The notes: generated by a model not told the origin, from the letters alone. A stretch of 124,000 bases of DNA from Wallemia ichthyophaga EXF-994 (GCF_000400465.1 NW_008806276.1:144001-268000), one strand, 5' to 3'; positions 11,361 through 24,942 are shown, numbered from the stretch's first letter. Numbers and translations are program-made.

Positions 11361-12374
11361 ATGATCAATTTCATTCATTTCATCAAATATCCGAGAATTT
11401 TAAATGGAAGCTTAGTCTTCTCTGTTTCAATATCTAATGACCTTAGAACTGAATTCTTGGAACCCACAAATCCTATTCAGATCAATGCAGCTGTTTTGAT
11501 TCACAATCGGCAATCAAAACCAATAAAACTGGATAACGTTTTAATTTACGCTTCTTCACGTGATGGATATAAAGTTATTGATCTTCCTCTCTCTGTTGCA
11601 GGTCTAAGCCCCTCAGACACCTTTAGTCTACTCATTTATACGAAAAACTCATCAATCAAGCCAAATTTGAAGGATGTGTTACATTTGCAACACCCAATCC
11701 CATTACAATCACTCCCTTCTTCTTTAAATCAAGCTCAATACCTTCAACAGCGTTCTTTCACTGTAAACACGCAGCAATTACACATTGTTGAACACACGTC
11801 GTTCGATTTGGATAAAAAGTTATGGGATAGTGGATTGGCTTTAAGTGGAGACCTGATTAGCTGTTTAAATACCTATTTAGACCTCTCAAAATCACTGAAA
11901 ATACTTGAATTAGGTACAGGTACAGGAATTGTATCAATTACTCTCGCAACTCTGCTATCACAGATGTCTAAACAGTCGCACACAATCACTGCAACTGATT
12001 TAAACAGCGCTATACCCCTTCTTCGGAGCAATACCAAGAGAAACGCTCACCTTTACAAAAACATTGAAATACAACCAAAAGAGCTGTCTTGGGGATCAAA
12101 TAGCTCGCTTGAGAGTGTAGAGTATGATATCATTATTGCTGCCGACATTACATACAATATGTCATCGTTCCAACTTCTGCGAAACACTTTATCCAACTTA
12201 TTCACCGCGAATCCATCAACCAAGCTAATTCTAGCGCACAAATATAGGGATTATCAAGAAGACACCTTCTGGGATCATGCTAGCCAAATAAATCTCAAAT
12301 CGACTCACCTCAAATCTATTGGATGCGGCAGACGAGGCTATGAGACTGAAATATGGGAATTTAAGAGGATGTAA
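11361..12374 (+). CDS. Methyltransferase-16 family (METTL21-like) protein lysine methyltransferase
   Basis: KLWDSG, ILELGTGTG, IIAADITY motifs. Confidence 0.8.
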   Translation: MINFIHFIKYPRILNGSLVFSVSISNDLRTEFLEPTNPIQINAAVLIHNRQSKPIKLDNVLIYASSRDGYKVIDLPLSVAGLSPSDTFSLLIYTKNSSIKPNLKDVLHLQHPIPLQSLPSSLNQAQYLQQRSFTVNTQQLHIVEHTSFDLDKKLWDSGLALSGDLISCLNTYLDLSKSLKILELGTGTGIVSITLATLLSQMSKQSHTITATDLNSAIPLLRSNTKRNAHLYKNIEIQPKELSWGSNSSLESVEYDIIIAADITYNMSSFQLLRNTLSNLFTANPSTKLILAHKYRDYQEDTFWDHASQINLKSTHLKSIGCGRRGYETEIWEFKRM

Positions 12375-12457
12375 TAGATGAATACTAATTTATAAATTTA
12401 AATTTATTTGAATTTCAGTTTCAACTCTGTATTAACGCGTTGTAAGCTCCACCCATC

Positions 12458-13482
12458 ATGATGCGCAACGCGGTTGCGGTAACCGCAACGCCAGACAAGT
12501 CAAAATCGAATTGGACAGCGCAGGCGCAAGCGTTTAGTGAAGATGAATCTGATGCGATATTGCAATCATATTTATTAGATGGTGAGTGTGTAGCGGTGCA
12601 GTGAATGGCACACAAAGCTCACCAACACCGCACGCAGTCGACAACAAGCGCAAAGCAATGAAGCTACACCTCGATAGATCTTTAAGCGCTTTCACAGCTC
12701 GCTCTCTCTCCATTCTCGCAAGTGTCCCGAAAGCACTGCACAACCTCACCCTGGGTGAATTTCAGGACAAATTCGGCGGTGATCTCGTACGCGCTGTCCG
12801 CGGCGAGGGCGTTAAAGACGCCACTCATGATCTTGAAGACAATGACCGCGAGGAGGAGTGGGAAGCTGCACGGAAACGGAAGCGGGTGGACAAGGACGGC
12901 GATGGTATTGATCCCAGTCAGAGTCCACAGCTTGAGAAGAAAACTAGTCGGAAGAATACAAAGAAAGTTGCTAAAACACCTTCTGCACGCAGTACACGCT
13001 CAACGAGATCAAAAACTAAGGGCAGAAATGGTGTCAGTGCGGTGAAAGATAGTGAAGATGAAGATTCTCATATGCCTTCTTCCTCTTTTAACCCCACTCT
13101 CACTACACATGATGATTTGCCCGATGAGGCTGAGGTGGAGGCTGAAGTGAGGGCTGGTATGTACAATACCTCAACACATCACACTATCAAACGACGTCCA
13201 TCTATACAGTTAGTGGGGAATGGCATATCGGATCTCAATATCGATCATATCGACCTTCCGAATGCATCCACTAAGAACGAAACGAGATATCTTCACGACA
13301 CAGCTACCCTATTCATTCCCCTTCCCGATGGGACTAAGCTGGCTGTTGATCCTGCGCGGGCTGAGCCTGAAGAGCTCAATAAGCTCGAAGGGGTCAATGA
13401 TGAGATGCGCGATATAGTTCGCAAACAGATTGAAAGGCGTATGCAAGAGTTGGTGGGTTTGATTGATAGATGGAAGACCTAG
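12458..13482 (+). CDS. Borealin/Nbl1 N-terminal-domain protein (chromosomal passenger complex)
   Basis: Coiled N-terminus then LSILASVPKALHNLTLGEFQDKFGGD, resembling fungal Borealin; one intron. Confidence 0.55.
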
Positions 13483-14022
13483 TTGTATAATAACTTGTTG
13501 TATTTATCTTATCTTGAATAGTCATTATGGTTTCTACGTGTTTATCAATAGACGCGTCTCGGTCATCTACGCGTCAGAAATTACCTATGTAGGCAGGAGG
13601 AAAATATCAGGGGAGTGAAGAAATATGTATGCTAGTTATTAAGGTACAAAATTTTTGATGAACTGGTTTTGGTTTTTATGTTGTGATGATTTGAGCAAAG
13701 AGGCCCAGTAGGTGAACCTCTATGGTAGTGAGATGAAGCAGCCTTTAATGAGAAAAGTGAGGTACGTGTCAGATTATCGAGGCTGTCTTAAATGCTTAAA
13801 GACCTCAATTTCCTTCGCAGCGCGTTCCCTTCATACCGGTGAAAATTTAGAATCAAAAAGAATACAAATGCAGGAAATTATACGCTGAAATGCCCACCAA
13901 GCAGCTGATTGTATTAAGGGACACGACAGGAAATAGCCATGTCATGGACTATTTGACAGGCAGTTGACGTATACCCAAGAAAGTCACATTCCTTATAGAA
14001 TTGAGCATAAGTAATAACGATC

Positions 14023-17000
14023 ATGAGCCAACAGATACCTTTAGAAAGAGTAAGGCAAACACAAGCGACGTTTGTTTCGCGCAATGCAGCATCGCACCTA
14101 TGTTCAGACGTGCGCAGTGTAGGAGTATCGCTCGAGTGTCTAGCGACGTTAAACAGTCTGCTCGATGAGATATTGGCGAGGGTGTTGGCGCATGCACACA
14201 GTTTTAGACTTGCACTCCTACGCAGAGCGATACTGGACGTCATAGGCGTGAGCTTTGGACAGAATGCCATTACCGAGGCTGAAATGAAGCTCCAAGTGAG
14301 CTATCCGTTGGGGAGTTATTATAGCGGCGGAGGTAACGAGAACGGAAATGGAAAACTAGGGCAGTTCCCACTAGACGACGCGTTTAATGTAAGTTGATGT
14401 CTCTGATATTGCACTATTGCACTATTGCATCATTGCAGCACTCTAATGAACACCTTAGACACTGCGGTACAACGCCATCCTCAAATCCAAATACTCGGAT
14501 CCGGGACTGCAGTCACTCACACTAGCAGCCACGCTCGAGACCAAGCTGTACGAATCGCTTAGTAACCACGTGCTGGATCTGGGGAGCATTCCAGTTGCGG
14601 GGATATACATGTCGGGGGTGCTGGAGTGCGTGACGGAGACGATATGCGCGGATATCGCAACGGTCGTTGTGCGCTCGAGTACCAAACATGAAGCGCGTCT
14701 CGAAGACCTCTACGATGCAATACAAGGTGGTGAGACTGCTGGCGGGAGTGGGCAGAGCTGACGCGCGACGCAGAGAATGATCACGTCAACAGCGTTATAC
14801 AGGGGATGCTGATGAAGGATGAGATTGAGCTGAAAGTGAATCAGGCGGAGGAGAGAAGGCGGTCGATAACGAGTCAAGTTAGTGCGATCAGCAGGATATC
14901 GCAGGCGACGCAAGGGAATAGAGTTGGTAAAAGCAGGCCACCATCTATAGATACAGCCCAATCAAATACAATGCATAGACACTCTTCAAGTATCGGCGCT
15001 AGGCTGTTCAGTGGTCTGCACACACCAGTCAGCGCAACTAGCAGGGATAGCAGGGACAGCACAGACAGTACCACTATCGCTGGCAGACGCTCCTCCAGTT
15101 ATCTTAGGAAATTAAAAAATACTCCGGAAATTGTAAGTGGAGCTCGTTCCTCTCGACACCCACGACCAAGTTAGAGTTGACTCAGACTCGCAGTGTGAAA
15201 CAGAAAGCACGGACAAGAAAATATTCGACAACATTTTGAATAACAAGGATACGGTGAAACTATCATTAACACCTACGACAGTACACGTGAGTTGGTGGTG
15301 TCTGTGCGGGGACCGTTGACGATGCTGACGACGACTCAGACACAGAAAGCAAGCAATATGAGCTACGCGCACGCGGCAAACACTATACACACCATAGACA
15401 CGCTCAATGAAGATCACGAGCTGGACGATTCCGATGAAGTGGACTCGCTCAGTGAAGAAATCGGCAGAAAACCCAACAAGAAGGAGTCGCTGATCGATTT
15501 CCTCAATAGCACACCGCCCTGGGAAAACGGCGGTGGGCGTGTACCTCATAACCCACACCAATCACACCACAGCCTGCCTTCGTCCGTAGACGACGAGCAG
15601 CACGGACGCACACCAGGACTGTCCAACTTCAGCCGCGACCTCATAGCGTTCCTCAACACAGAACCGCCCGGCGGAACACCGAAGCCATTGAACGAGAAGA
15701 AGAGCACCAACAAATTCAAGAGCATTTTCAAGGGCAAAGGGGGTGGTGGCAGTGGTGGAAGTGTGGCCAGTACAGGCAGCGGTAGCGTCGAGAGCCATAA
15801 TAACAAGAAGACGGCGAATAAAATTAGCGTTCCTGCGTCTGTCCTCCACACTGCAGCATCGAGTAACGGTCTGAATGGATTGGGCGGCGCGGGAAGCGTG
15901 AGCAGTGCGCGCAGTACCAGTCTAGGACACACAAGTGCAATGAGCAATGCGCGCACAACCACCGCACCCAAATCTAGTTTTTCCACATTGCGCTATTCGG
16001 AGCCAGACAGGCAGTCAGCGTATTCGGAGGAAGCGGGATCGGGAGCAGGAGCAGGGATTGGAGTGTCAAACTCGTCGTGTCCACCGCCAATACTGACGAA
16101 TGGATATGGCCATACACCTCCTGCACCTGCACCTGCACCTGCACCAACGCAAACAACAGAAAAACTTCCTCCGATTCAGTCACCGTTGCCCATGTCGACA
16201 TCATTCACCAGATCGCCCTCTCCTCAGCTATCGTTGTCGGCGTCAGTATCTCCGGCGTCGTATGTGCATATGCAGCAGTCTCAACAGCAGCAGCTACCGA
16301 TCGCAAGCACGAGTTCTGCGATTGCAGATCAGTACGCAGCGGCTGTGCTGAGACGAACGCAGTCTACGCATCAGAATTTGAATTTGAACAGCGCAAATGG
16401 AAGTGCAAATGCGAATGCGAATGCAAACACCAACACAAACAATAACAATAACACTAACGCCTCCGCCAATCTCACTCCACCGCTGCCATCACTCCCCTCA
16501 TATACCAGACCCAGCAGTCCAAAGGCGGAAGAGGTATACGGCACACACAGCCCGTGCAGTCGGTCGCACAGCACCTCCCAGAGTCTACGACGCGACGGGA
16601 AGCCGTCGCCAATCCGCAAACCTGTCCCAGCGCTGGACAGTGGGGGAGAAGTGGGAGAAGAGATTGAAGGTGGAGAGAGGCATATGACGCAGCGGGCGAA
16701 CGAGGGAAGGGGACACAATGGGGCGCAGCAGCACAATCAAAAACAGACCCAAACCCAGACCCAGAAACAGACACAGAAGAACGATTCACAAACCGAGAAA
16801 GATAAGCACGACAGCACATCCACCAACGAACGCTACAGCACAGCTGTGCAGACAGCCAGCAGGGCAAGCAGTCAAACACCCTACTCTCAGCACACACGCG
16901 ACACGGATGATGCATATATACACAAAGGTACACTTGTCAAGATGCACAACATACTTGCACATGCACAGACGGCTGACGAATGCAGGCTGTACCTCGATGC

Positions 17001-17631
17001 CTTCCTCAAGAGCGTGAAGGTAGCCATGCCGCAAGAGGAAGAGGATGGGGCTGAGGGTGAGGTGGTATCGGGGGCGTCAGGTGTGTCAGGCAGCTCAGCC
17101 AGTGCAAGGATGTCAGGCGCGTCAAGAGCCTCAATGCAGCCGCAACAGAGCACCGGCGAGCTGAGCCACCATGCGGATATCAATGAAGTGGGTGTGAGCG
17201 GGACTGGGAGCGCGATTGTTAGCGCCAGTGCCATTCCCATGTCTATCAGCGAAGATAGGAGGGAGGACGATGATGAACACACTCAATCCCCCTCCAGGCA
17301 AGCCGTCGAGATCGACCACGCCAGCTCACAATCATCCCTTCCGCATCTCGTTGGGCAGCAAGGCAGCAGTGATGAGATGGATGAAGTGGATAATGCGGAT
17401 GAGAAGGAGAGGCCAATTCGGTACACCTACACACATACACATTCACCTACGGAAATGAGCACACCAGGGGCTACACCCATCACCACACCCATAACGCCAA
17501 CAGCTACTTCACCGTATAGAAGCGACAACAGGACTTCAGAGGATAACTTTGTTACCAAGTGGCTGATGGGAGATAGTCAGGCACATACAGGAAACGGAAT
17601 CCAGGTGGAGATCACGGATAGTGGTGTTTAG
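14023..17631 (+). CDS. Conserved fungal hypothetical protein (helical N-terminus, long S/T/Q-rich tail), multi-exon
   Basis: Linked ORFs separated by GT-AG introns; LIDFLNSTPP / LIAFLNTEPP repeat motifs. Confidence 0.6.
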
Positions 17632-17691
17632 GAGTTGAGATGTCTCGGATAATTTTCACGTTGTACAGTTGAGTAAAGATAATTACAGAGA

Positions 17692-18108
17692 TTAGAGAGA
17701 TACGCCTGTATTCTTAGTGTGTTTTTCGTGTTTTTCGTGCTTTTCGTGCTCGTCGTGCTTGTTTTGCTCGTTCTCACCACCATTCAACTTGAATTTGAGT
17801 AAAGCGACGCGTTCTCGCTGACTAGAGATGGTGTACTCGTTCTCTTTGATGGTGTTGGTGATTAGGGAGTAGTCGTCATCAGAATCGTCGTCAACTACGC
17901 GCAGCTGCTGTGTATCTTCAGAGGCAGCAATTTCAGCGTCGCGTGTGCCAATCGATTGGCTGTCAAAGCCACCGTCAAATTGAGATTGCAGATTCGTTGT
18001 CTTTGGTAAGTAAGTGAGTAGCTCGCTGTTGGAACGGATAAGGTGGTTGATAGAGTTATCTAACCTCTTGATCTCGGCAATATCGGCATCAACTGAGTAT
18101 AAATCCAT
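17692..18108 (-). CDS. Hypothetical small coiled-coil protein
   Basis: 138 aa ORF with an ATG start, filling the gap between two genes. Confidence 0.5.
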   Translation of the reverse strand: MDLYSVDADIAEIKRLDNSINHLIRSNSELLTYLPKTTNLQSQFDGGFDSQSIGTRDAEIAASEDTQQLRVVDDDSDDDYSLITNTIKENEYTISSQRERVALLKFKLNGGENEQNKHDEHEKHEKHEKHTKNTGVSL

Positions 18109-18175
18109 GAATATTTTCTGCTTTACGTCGTTCTAAGTGGTTGATTAGAAGCAGCCAGAGCGACCATCACCGAGA

Positions 18176-20463
18176 ATGAGCAAATTACTCTACTCAAAAT
18201 CTAAAGTGAATATAAATACCGCAAAATGTAAAATACCGGGGAATTTAGCTTTGGTTGAAGATCCCAATGACTCTATAACGATTAGCTGGTTACCAGAGAC
18301 AATCCTTAAGGAACTGGATGAAGAGGACAAATTTGTCTTAGTTGAATCAACCAATAAGATTGAAGTTATTGTTAATCCTCCACCGCACATAAACGATTCA
18401 TACGCCTTCAATTATCCAATTTCTGACATATACTCAATAATGCTTAATCCTCCTTCTATTTCTAATTGGTATGGTACTGTTACTATTAATCTTCAAGGCG
18501 GTGTTACTCTCCCTGTGTTGCACTTCCATGATGACGAAATTACGTCATCATCGATACCTAGAACACGAGGCACTTGGGGTGGAAATGAGTTTATAAGCTG
18601 TCTTCGTCTTTATATATCTCTTTTGCAATCTCAAATCACCAACAACCTTTTCCTCGTTGATCCTAATCCGATCGATAAAACTTTTCATCAACAGCCACAG
18701 CCACAGTCACAACCACCGACGCAACAATCACTCCTTCACTATGCTCTAAACCCACAATCAACTCACTCTCAACGCATTTCTACACGCTTCAACTCCCACC
18801 AACGCGACAACTCAACTACTACTATGAAAGGTTTCTTTCCAGATAATGTCGCTGATGCAACTCCCGCTGTGAATAACTTCACTTCAGTATATCAAAATAC
18901 CCTTACAAGCTTCGCAAACATTTCCCGCTTTTCAAAACAAACTGCTCATAATATTCTGTCTCACCCACTCGCTCAACCAATCCTTCCACACCTCCCGACT
19001 CCCGTGCAGAGCAGAGCAGTTGCTGGACGCAGTCACGCAGGTGAATACGACAGCGCTCGCATCTACCTAGCCAAATGGGCGCGCAAAGTGGCTGAAGAGG
19101 GTGACAGGAATAGTGGCCAGGGGGGTGAGAGGAGAGAGGGAGTAGGAGTAATGAGACCATCAAGTAACTCAGTGGACGAAAATATACAAACAGTTGACGG
19201 CAGTGTAGAGAGTGATTTAGGTAATTTCCAGCTACTCAACGTTTCCTCAGAAAGGTGTACACGAGATCCAACTCATCCAATCACTCTCCCAGAGTGTACA
19301 GCCTGGTTCGATCATACTGGCAAGCCCCTCATTAGTGAGTCGGAGATGCGCGAGCGTGTTTTTAGAAGGGGCACTGAAAGTACCGCTAAGAGTCTTATCT
19401 GGCCATTCATTCTCTCCGTTATACCGTGGGATACAACGCATCAAGACAGGCAATCTGCTTGGGATGACTTGGATACCCAGTATGTACAGCTGAAGAGCAC
19501 GTGGAAGAATCTCGATGTATTCCACGATAAACAAGTTACCGAAGAGCGTCATCGCATTCGCGTCGATTGCCTGCGCACTGATCGAAATGTCCCTCTCTTT
19601 GCCAAGAGCGACAGTGAGCTCAACGAGCTCAAACTGGGTATTGCGGAGTTGGGTGAGAATGGGAGTACGAGTGGGAGTGGTGATAGCAGTGAGGACAAAC
19701 ACAGCGACAGCAAAGAAGGCTCATCACAGGCTTATAGCAATGTCCACGTTCGCAAGCTGCAGGGTATCCTTCTCACATACAATTTCTACGAAAAAGGATT
19801 GGGATATGTCCAGGGCATGTCTGATCTTATCGCTCCTCTTTACGTTATCAGCGAGGCTAATGAATCAACTACGTTCTGGCTTTTTGTCAACTTGATGAAC
19901 CGCACCAAGGAGAATTTCGCAGCTGATCAGAAAGGCATGTCGAGGAAATTAATAACGCTGCAAGATTTGATTAGAGTGATGGATCCACAACTCTACCAAC
20001 ACTTTAAACAGAGTGACAACCTCAATATGTTCTTCTGCTTTAGGTGGATATTGGTGATGTTCAAGAGGGAGTTTTTGTTTAGTGATATTATCACATTGTG
20101 GGAGGTGAGTTGGGGTTGGTAAATATTACACACTCACTTATATCAATAATTTTCTTAGGCACTCTTCACTCGCCCTGTTCAACAACAATTTGAACTATTC
20201 GTCGCACTTGCTGTGCTTGAGTCACATCGCGATATCATTCTGAGATATTTAATGGAGGTGCGTTTTAATTATCACCTCAACCACATCCTTGCTCACAAAG
20301 ACAGTTTGATGAAATGCTCAAATATTGCAATGACCTTAGTGGTACGATTGATGTGCATAAAACACTCAATACCGCTCAAGTGCTTTATGATAACTTATTT
20401 ACACTACACAATACCACAAGAGGGAAGAACTTTACAGATAATCTAGTTGAATTGGTTGTGTAG
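18176..20463 (+). CDS. GYP7: TBC-domain Rab GAP
   Basis: RIRVDCLRTDR, GYVQGMSDL motifs; 3' introns. Confidence 0.88.
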
Positions 20464-20477
20464 CAAGATGACAAGAA

Positions 20478-21554
20478 CTAAAAATACAATCTCAACGCAG
20501 CAGAGGATTGAGATTCAGCAGGACAATAAGGACACTTAACTCTACCACCGCCTTTAGATAACTTGGATAAGCTATCATTGGCTAGAACATGCCCACATGA
20601 TAGCATCATTGGTGGGTTTGTGTCAGTTGTCTGTTCTTTGCTAATTGGGCAGGTGAATACGCTATGAAATTTGTATTTGTCTTGTAGAGGTACTTGTACA
20701 GGTAATTCATCAGATTGAGACCATTCTGTGCGTGTTTTCTGTATCAATTGATTGAATCGTGAAAGAATGGGGAGAGCAGAACCACCGCCGATGTCTAGAG
20801 TGAGTTTGAGATGATCAATTTTCGGGATGTCGTTGATTGTGCACCAGGAGTGTTCAAATGTAGGTACGAGTAAATTTGAGTGAATTGCATCTGTTGTGAG
20901 ATAAGAGTAAGGTGAGTTAGCGAGATCTTTGAAGGCAAGTGAAGCTAAAAGGGAGCTAGCAGGTTTAGAAAATTGTGGTGATGATAAGTAGGGTGATAAG
21001 TTTTGTTTGAAGTAATTGAGGCTGTCTAGGGAGGAATTGAATTGTGAAAATTTTGATCGGTGTAGGTAGAAAAGGAGAGGGGAATTGAGAGGATGTTGGT
21101 AATGATTAGCCCAATCCAGAGCAGATGTGAGATTGTTAGATTTGAGTTGATTTATGATTGTGTTTAAGGATGTTATTTTGTTGATGTAACTGGGCTCAAA
21201 TGCGATTTTATAAACGCTGCAGAAGTCGTTAAACACGTCCAACCATCCTAATCTCAATAAGTAAGCAGCTATAGCTTTGTTTAGGTTGTAATCGTGGTTG
21301 AAGTCTACAGTGGGAATTGTAGATTGAGGCTGTGAATTCAAAGACTTGTCAATACGTTTTATTAACTTATAGTTATCCAAATTATTTTCATTTATCTGAG
21401 TGATGTCATTTGCAATGGTGGCTGGGTTAACTGATGCCGAATCTGAAGCCGATGCCAAATCCCTCAAGCCTTCCAAACTACCAATTAATTTATCCAAATT
21501 ATTTAAATTTGATTTTATTTCATTTTTATTTGTCAACGTGATTACATTTTCCAT
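20478..21554 (-). CDS. RMD5: GID/CTLH complex RING subunit
   Basis: FHSVFTCPISKEQ...PPMMLSCGHV...KCPYCP. Confidence 0.9.
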   Translation of the reverse strand: MENVITLTNKNEIKSNLNNLDKLIGSLEGLRDLASASDSASVNPATIANDITQINENNLDNYKLIKRIDKSLNSQPQSTIPTVDFNHDYNLNKAIAAYLLRLGWLDVFNDFCSVYKIAFEPSYINKITSLNTIINQLKSNNLTSALDWANHYQHPLNSPLLFYLHRSKFSQFNSSLDSLNYFKQNLSPYLSSPQFSKPASSLLASLAFKDLANSPYSYLTTDAIHSNLLVPTFEHSWCTINDIPKIDHLKLTLDIGGGSALPILSRFNQLIQKTRTEWSQSDELPVQVPLQDKYKFHSVFTCPISKEQTTDTNPPMMLSCGHVLANDSLSKLSKGGGRVKCPYCPAESQSSAALRLYF

Positions 21555-21671
21555 TCTAACTTGATAGTTGAATGCTAAGTGTCATCAATGGAGGTGTGTT
21601 ATAAATTAAAGCGCGTTTTATTTTCTAAAAAAATATCAAGACATCCTCTTCAATACCCAGCCTGATTGATA

Positions 21672-23857
21672 ATGGCCCTGACTACGCCGATGACAATGAG
21701 GACTACGACGACAACGAAGATCACGGCGATCATCTCGGCGAGGATTCCGAGGTTGCTCACGATTCGGAGGCTATCCAGGGATCTCCTGCTGCAAACGACA
21801 TTCACGTCATTCCCAGTCCAGATGACATACCAGCTGCACAACCACACTCATCAAGAAGTACAAGTCTGTTAAACCAAGATATTGATAAAACAGCAGCACG
21901 TGCAGCATCCAATCCCCATGCACTAGTTATTGCCTCTCTTCGTGCGCAGATCGATGAGCTTACCAGCCAGCTCAACAGTCTCAACGCGAAGCTAGTCCAT
22001 ACTTTCGACAAATCAGACAATCTCCAGCAAGAGCTTGATGAGGCGCGGACGCTGCACCACCACCATCAACTCCGCATTACCGCGCTCGAGAAGGAGACAG
22101 CGGCTGTGAAGACGAGTCTCGACAACGGCACGCTCGTTGAGCGCGAGAATGTAATGCACGAGCTCACACATATGGTTGACTCTATCGTCACCGAAACCCA
22201 AAAAGCTACGCTAGCGCGACAAGACAAGGCAGCTATCGAGCAGGACCTCGATGATCTCAGCGCTAATCTCTTCGCAGAGGCTAACCGCATGGTTGGCGTC
22301 GAACGACTGCTCAAAGCCCAGGAAGCGGATCGACGCCGTGTAGCTGAAGAGAGGCTCGTTGAGGCTGAGGAAGCTGTCCGAGTCACCCAGCGCCAGATGA
22401 GCGAGTGGGTAGAGAGGGGTGAAAGTAGCAACGGCGCCCTCCAACCACCTGCAGCTTCCGATTCCAATCTCAAACCAACTCTTACTCCCGTTCCTACTCT
22501 CACGCACACCCATATCCCCTACCTGGAATTCATCAGCTACCTGCATACGCTGGCAAGCGCAGCCAGTGTGCGGCAGAGAGCGAGTGAGTCTCAAACTCCT
22601 TCCCAACTCCTCCCGCTCGACCTCTCACACGCCTTCCTGCGCCGACTGCTTGAAGAAGACGTTGAGCCAACGCTGCGCCTCGACCTCTCACGCGCTTTTG
22701 GCCTCCTCACACGCGGTAAGGTGCTCACAGCGGTGACAGAGGGCACGCTCGAACTAGAGCCTGCTCGCGGCGCCGAGTTTGCACCCGGAACCGAGTGTGC
22801 ATTGTCAGGTCGTGTGCTCATACCCGTGCGCGACGGCGAAGGTGGTCACAAAGGGAGCGCGTCCCAGTCCTCTTTCTTCAGCTGGAGTGGGAGCGGCAGG
22901 GGGAGCAGCCGACCTGCCTCAACGGGTGCAGGTGGAAATGCAGATGCAGGTACAGGCGAGAGCGCAATACACGTATTCAGACTCTCCGCTAGCCCCACAG
23001 CTACCCGCTATCCCGTCGATGCAGGCTGGGCGGTACCGCGGCTGCGTGCTGCGTGCGAGTTGTGGCGGTACGTGCGCGCTCTGCAGGCATCTGTCGTTAC
23101 TATGCAACCCCCATTCTGCCCACCAGCGGGATGTCAGACTAGGGAGGCGTTTGATGCATCTATAGGCAGGATGGGATTGAAGAGCGGTCGAAAAGGTGGA
23201 GATGGACTCAGTGGAGATACTAATCCTTCTCCTACTATTCCACCCCCAGCAACAGGTAGATCGTTCTGGGGTGCTTTCCAGTATGCTAGATCTACCCCAT
23301 CGGTGTCGGCTCCATCTTCCGCTTCCCCGTCCCCTCTGCACGCTGACAAGACTGAATTGCCTGATGAGACAAAGAAGGGGGTTAGGGAAACACACGATAT
23401 TGCGGGTCGTGTCGATGACCATATTGACGAGAGCAGTCGCAGCGATCATACACACACACAAGACGACACCCACCATCCTCACCTTGTCTTGTCTAACCCT
23501 CAGCAGCCACCACCGAAACCCAAGCGCGGAAGGAGAAGCAGGGGACGGAAGGGCACGGTGACAGGTGCACCTCCATCGATACCTTCTCAGCGCGACAAGG
23601 AGGACGAGGAGGGGAGTGAAAATAAGAATCAAGAGAATATTGCCAGGCAAAACTCTGACGACAAATCGGATAAAAGTGTTGACTCGAACACCACGCTCAC
23701 CCAGAACACACTAGATTTGCAACTCAGCGATACAGCAGAAAAGGAAATAGAAACAGAAACAGAAACATGGGAGATGGCTAGATGGAGACAGATAGTGGAA
23801 CTAAAGCAAAACATGTTCTGGGCGCGGGTTAATGGTGATCCAAATGCTTCGATGTAG
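21672..23857 (+). CDS. SEC2: Sec2-family Rab GEF (one intron near 21.87 kb)
   Basis: ELDDLSANLFAEANRMV coiled coil; W..IVELKQNMFWARV C-terminus. Confidence 0.8.
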
Positions 23858-23951
23858 AGTAGAGTCGAGTAGAGTCAAAAAGTGTATTTATTTTAATGTC
23901 ACAATGATATAATGCCATAATGCCAACGACAACGACAACGCCACAGTAAAT

Positions 23952-24902
23952 CTACACAAACAACCTGAATGGATAGATGGGCTGCTTCATTTTGAATATA
24001 TAAACGAGCACACTGAATGTGACAATGAGTATTAGTGTCCATAAGTATGCAGCAGCTCTTTGTCTGCCAGTGTTTTGTATTTTGGGAACAGAAATGGTGA
24101 GAATGACGATAGTGCTGGCTAGAAGAGCATAAATAGTGCCAATTATAACAGTCTCTGCTCTATACTGGTTGGTGACTCCATTTGCAAAGTACTGAGCGCC
24201 ATTCTTAGTCATCACCATCTGTGGAGGTTTGCGTATCTGATTCCACATGTAACCAGAAGTCATAGTGAGGATGATGATGAGAGTGAGCATACACCAGGAC
24301 CATTTGGAGAAGATGAAAGGTTTAGTCAAGGTATTCCAGTTCTTCTTTGCGAATACTGCGAGGATTGTAAGGAGGACAAGGGCAATAACCGTGCTTGTGT
24401 GGTCGACAGGGCGTTTGAAAGCGAATTTAGTGGGAGAGTGAGTGTTTAAGAAGGCAACTAAACGTTCAGCGAGGAAACCATTCCTGTTAAAGTCGTACAG
24501 ATGTCCATTGAGCTGATGTGGTGGATGATAGAAGAGAGAAGGCGCGGTATTCAAGCCTAGATCGTTAAAAGTGCGCTGACCGTCCATGAAATCGAGACTT
24601 GCAAATACGATTGAGTTCTTATTGGTTGATCTTCTCCCTTTAGCTTGTTTAGCGAGTAAATGGAATTCCGGCGCGAACTTATGACAAGGAGTGCATTTCA
24701 TACGCTCATCCATCGCCGTTAACACAACTGCCACACCAAAGTCCCTCTCAGGCGTCCTTATAAGCTCGTTGTAGCTCAAATCGTCCAATTTAACAACACC
24801 AGCTTGATTTTGGGCTAAACTATCGTATTTAGATAGTAGAGCTGATTTTGCTAGTGCTATACTGGCAATTATCAAAATTGAAATAATTTCGGGTATTTTC
24901 AT
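23952..24902 (-). CDS. OST3: Oligosaccharyltransferase OST3/OST6 subunit
   Basis: Signal peptide, thioredoxin-like CTPC, SGYMWNQIR, 4 TM segments. Confidence 0.9.
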   Translation of the reverse strand: MKIPEIISILIIASIALAKSALLSKYDSLAQNQAGVVKLDDLSYNELIRTPERDFGVAVVLTAMDERMKCTPCHKFAPEFHLLAKQAKGRRSTNKNSIVFASLDFMDGQRTFNDLGLNTAPSLFYHPPHQLNGHLYDFNRNGFLAERLVAFLNTHSPTKFAFKRPVDHTSTVIALVLLTILAVFAKKNWNTLTKPFIFSKWSWCMLTLIIILTMTSGYMWNQIRKPPQMVMTKNGAQYFANGVTNQYRAETVIIGTIYALLASTIVILTISVPKIQNTGRQRAAAYLWTLILIVTFSVLVYIFKMKQPIYPFRLFV

Positions 24903-24942
24903 CGTGATGGTTGCTGGTCAACGTGTTATTTCAGTTACCATC

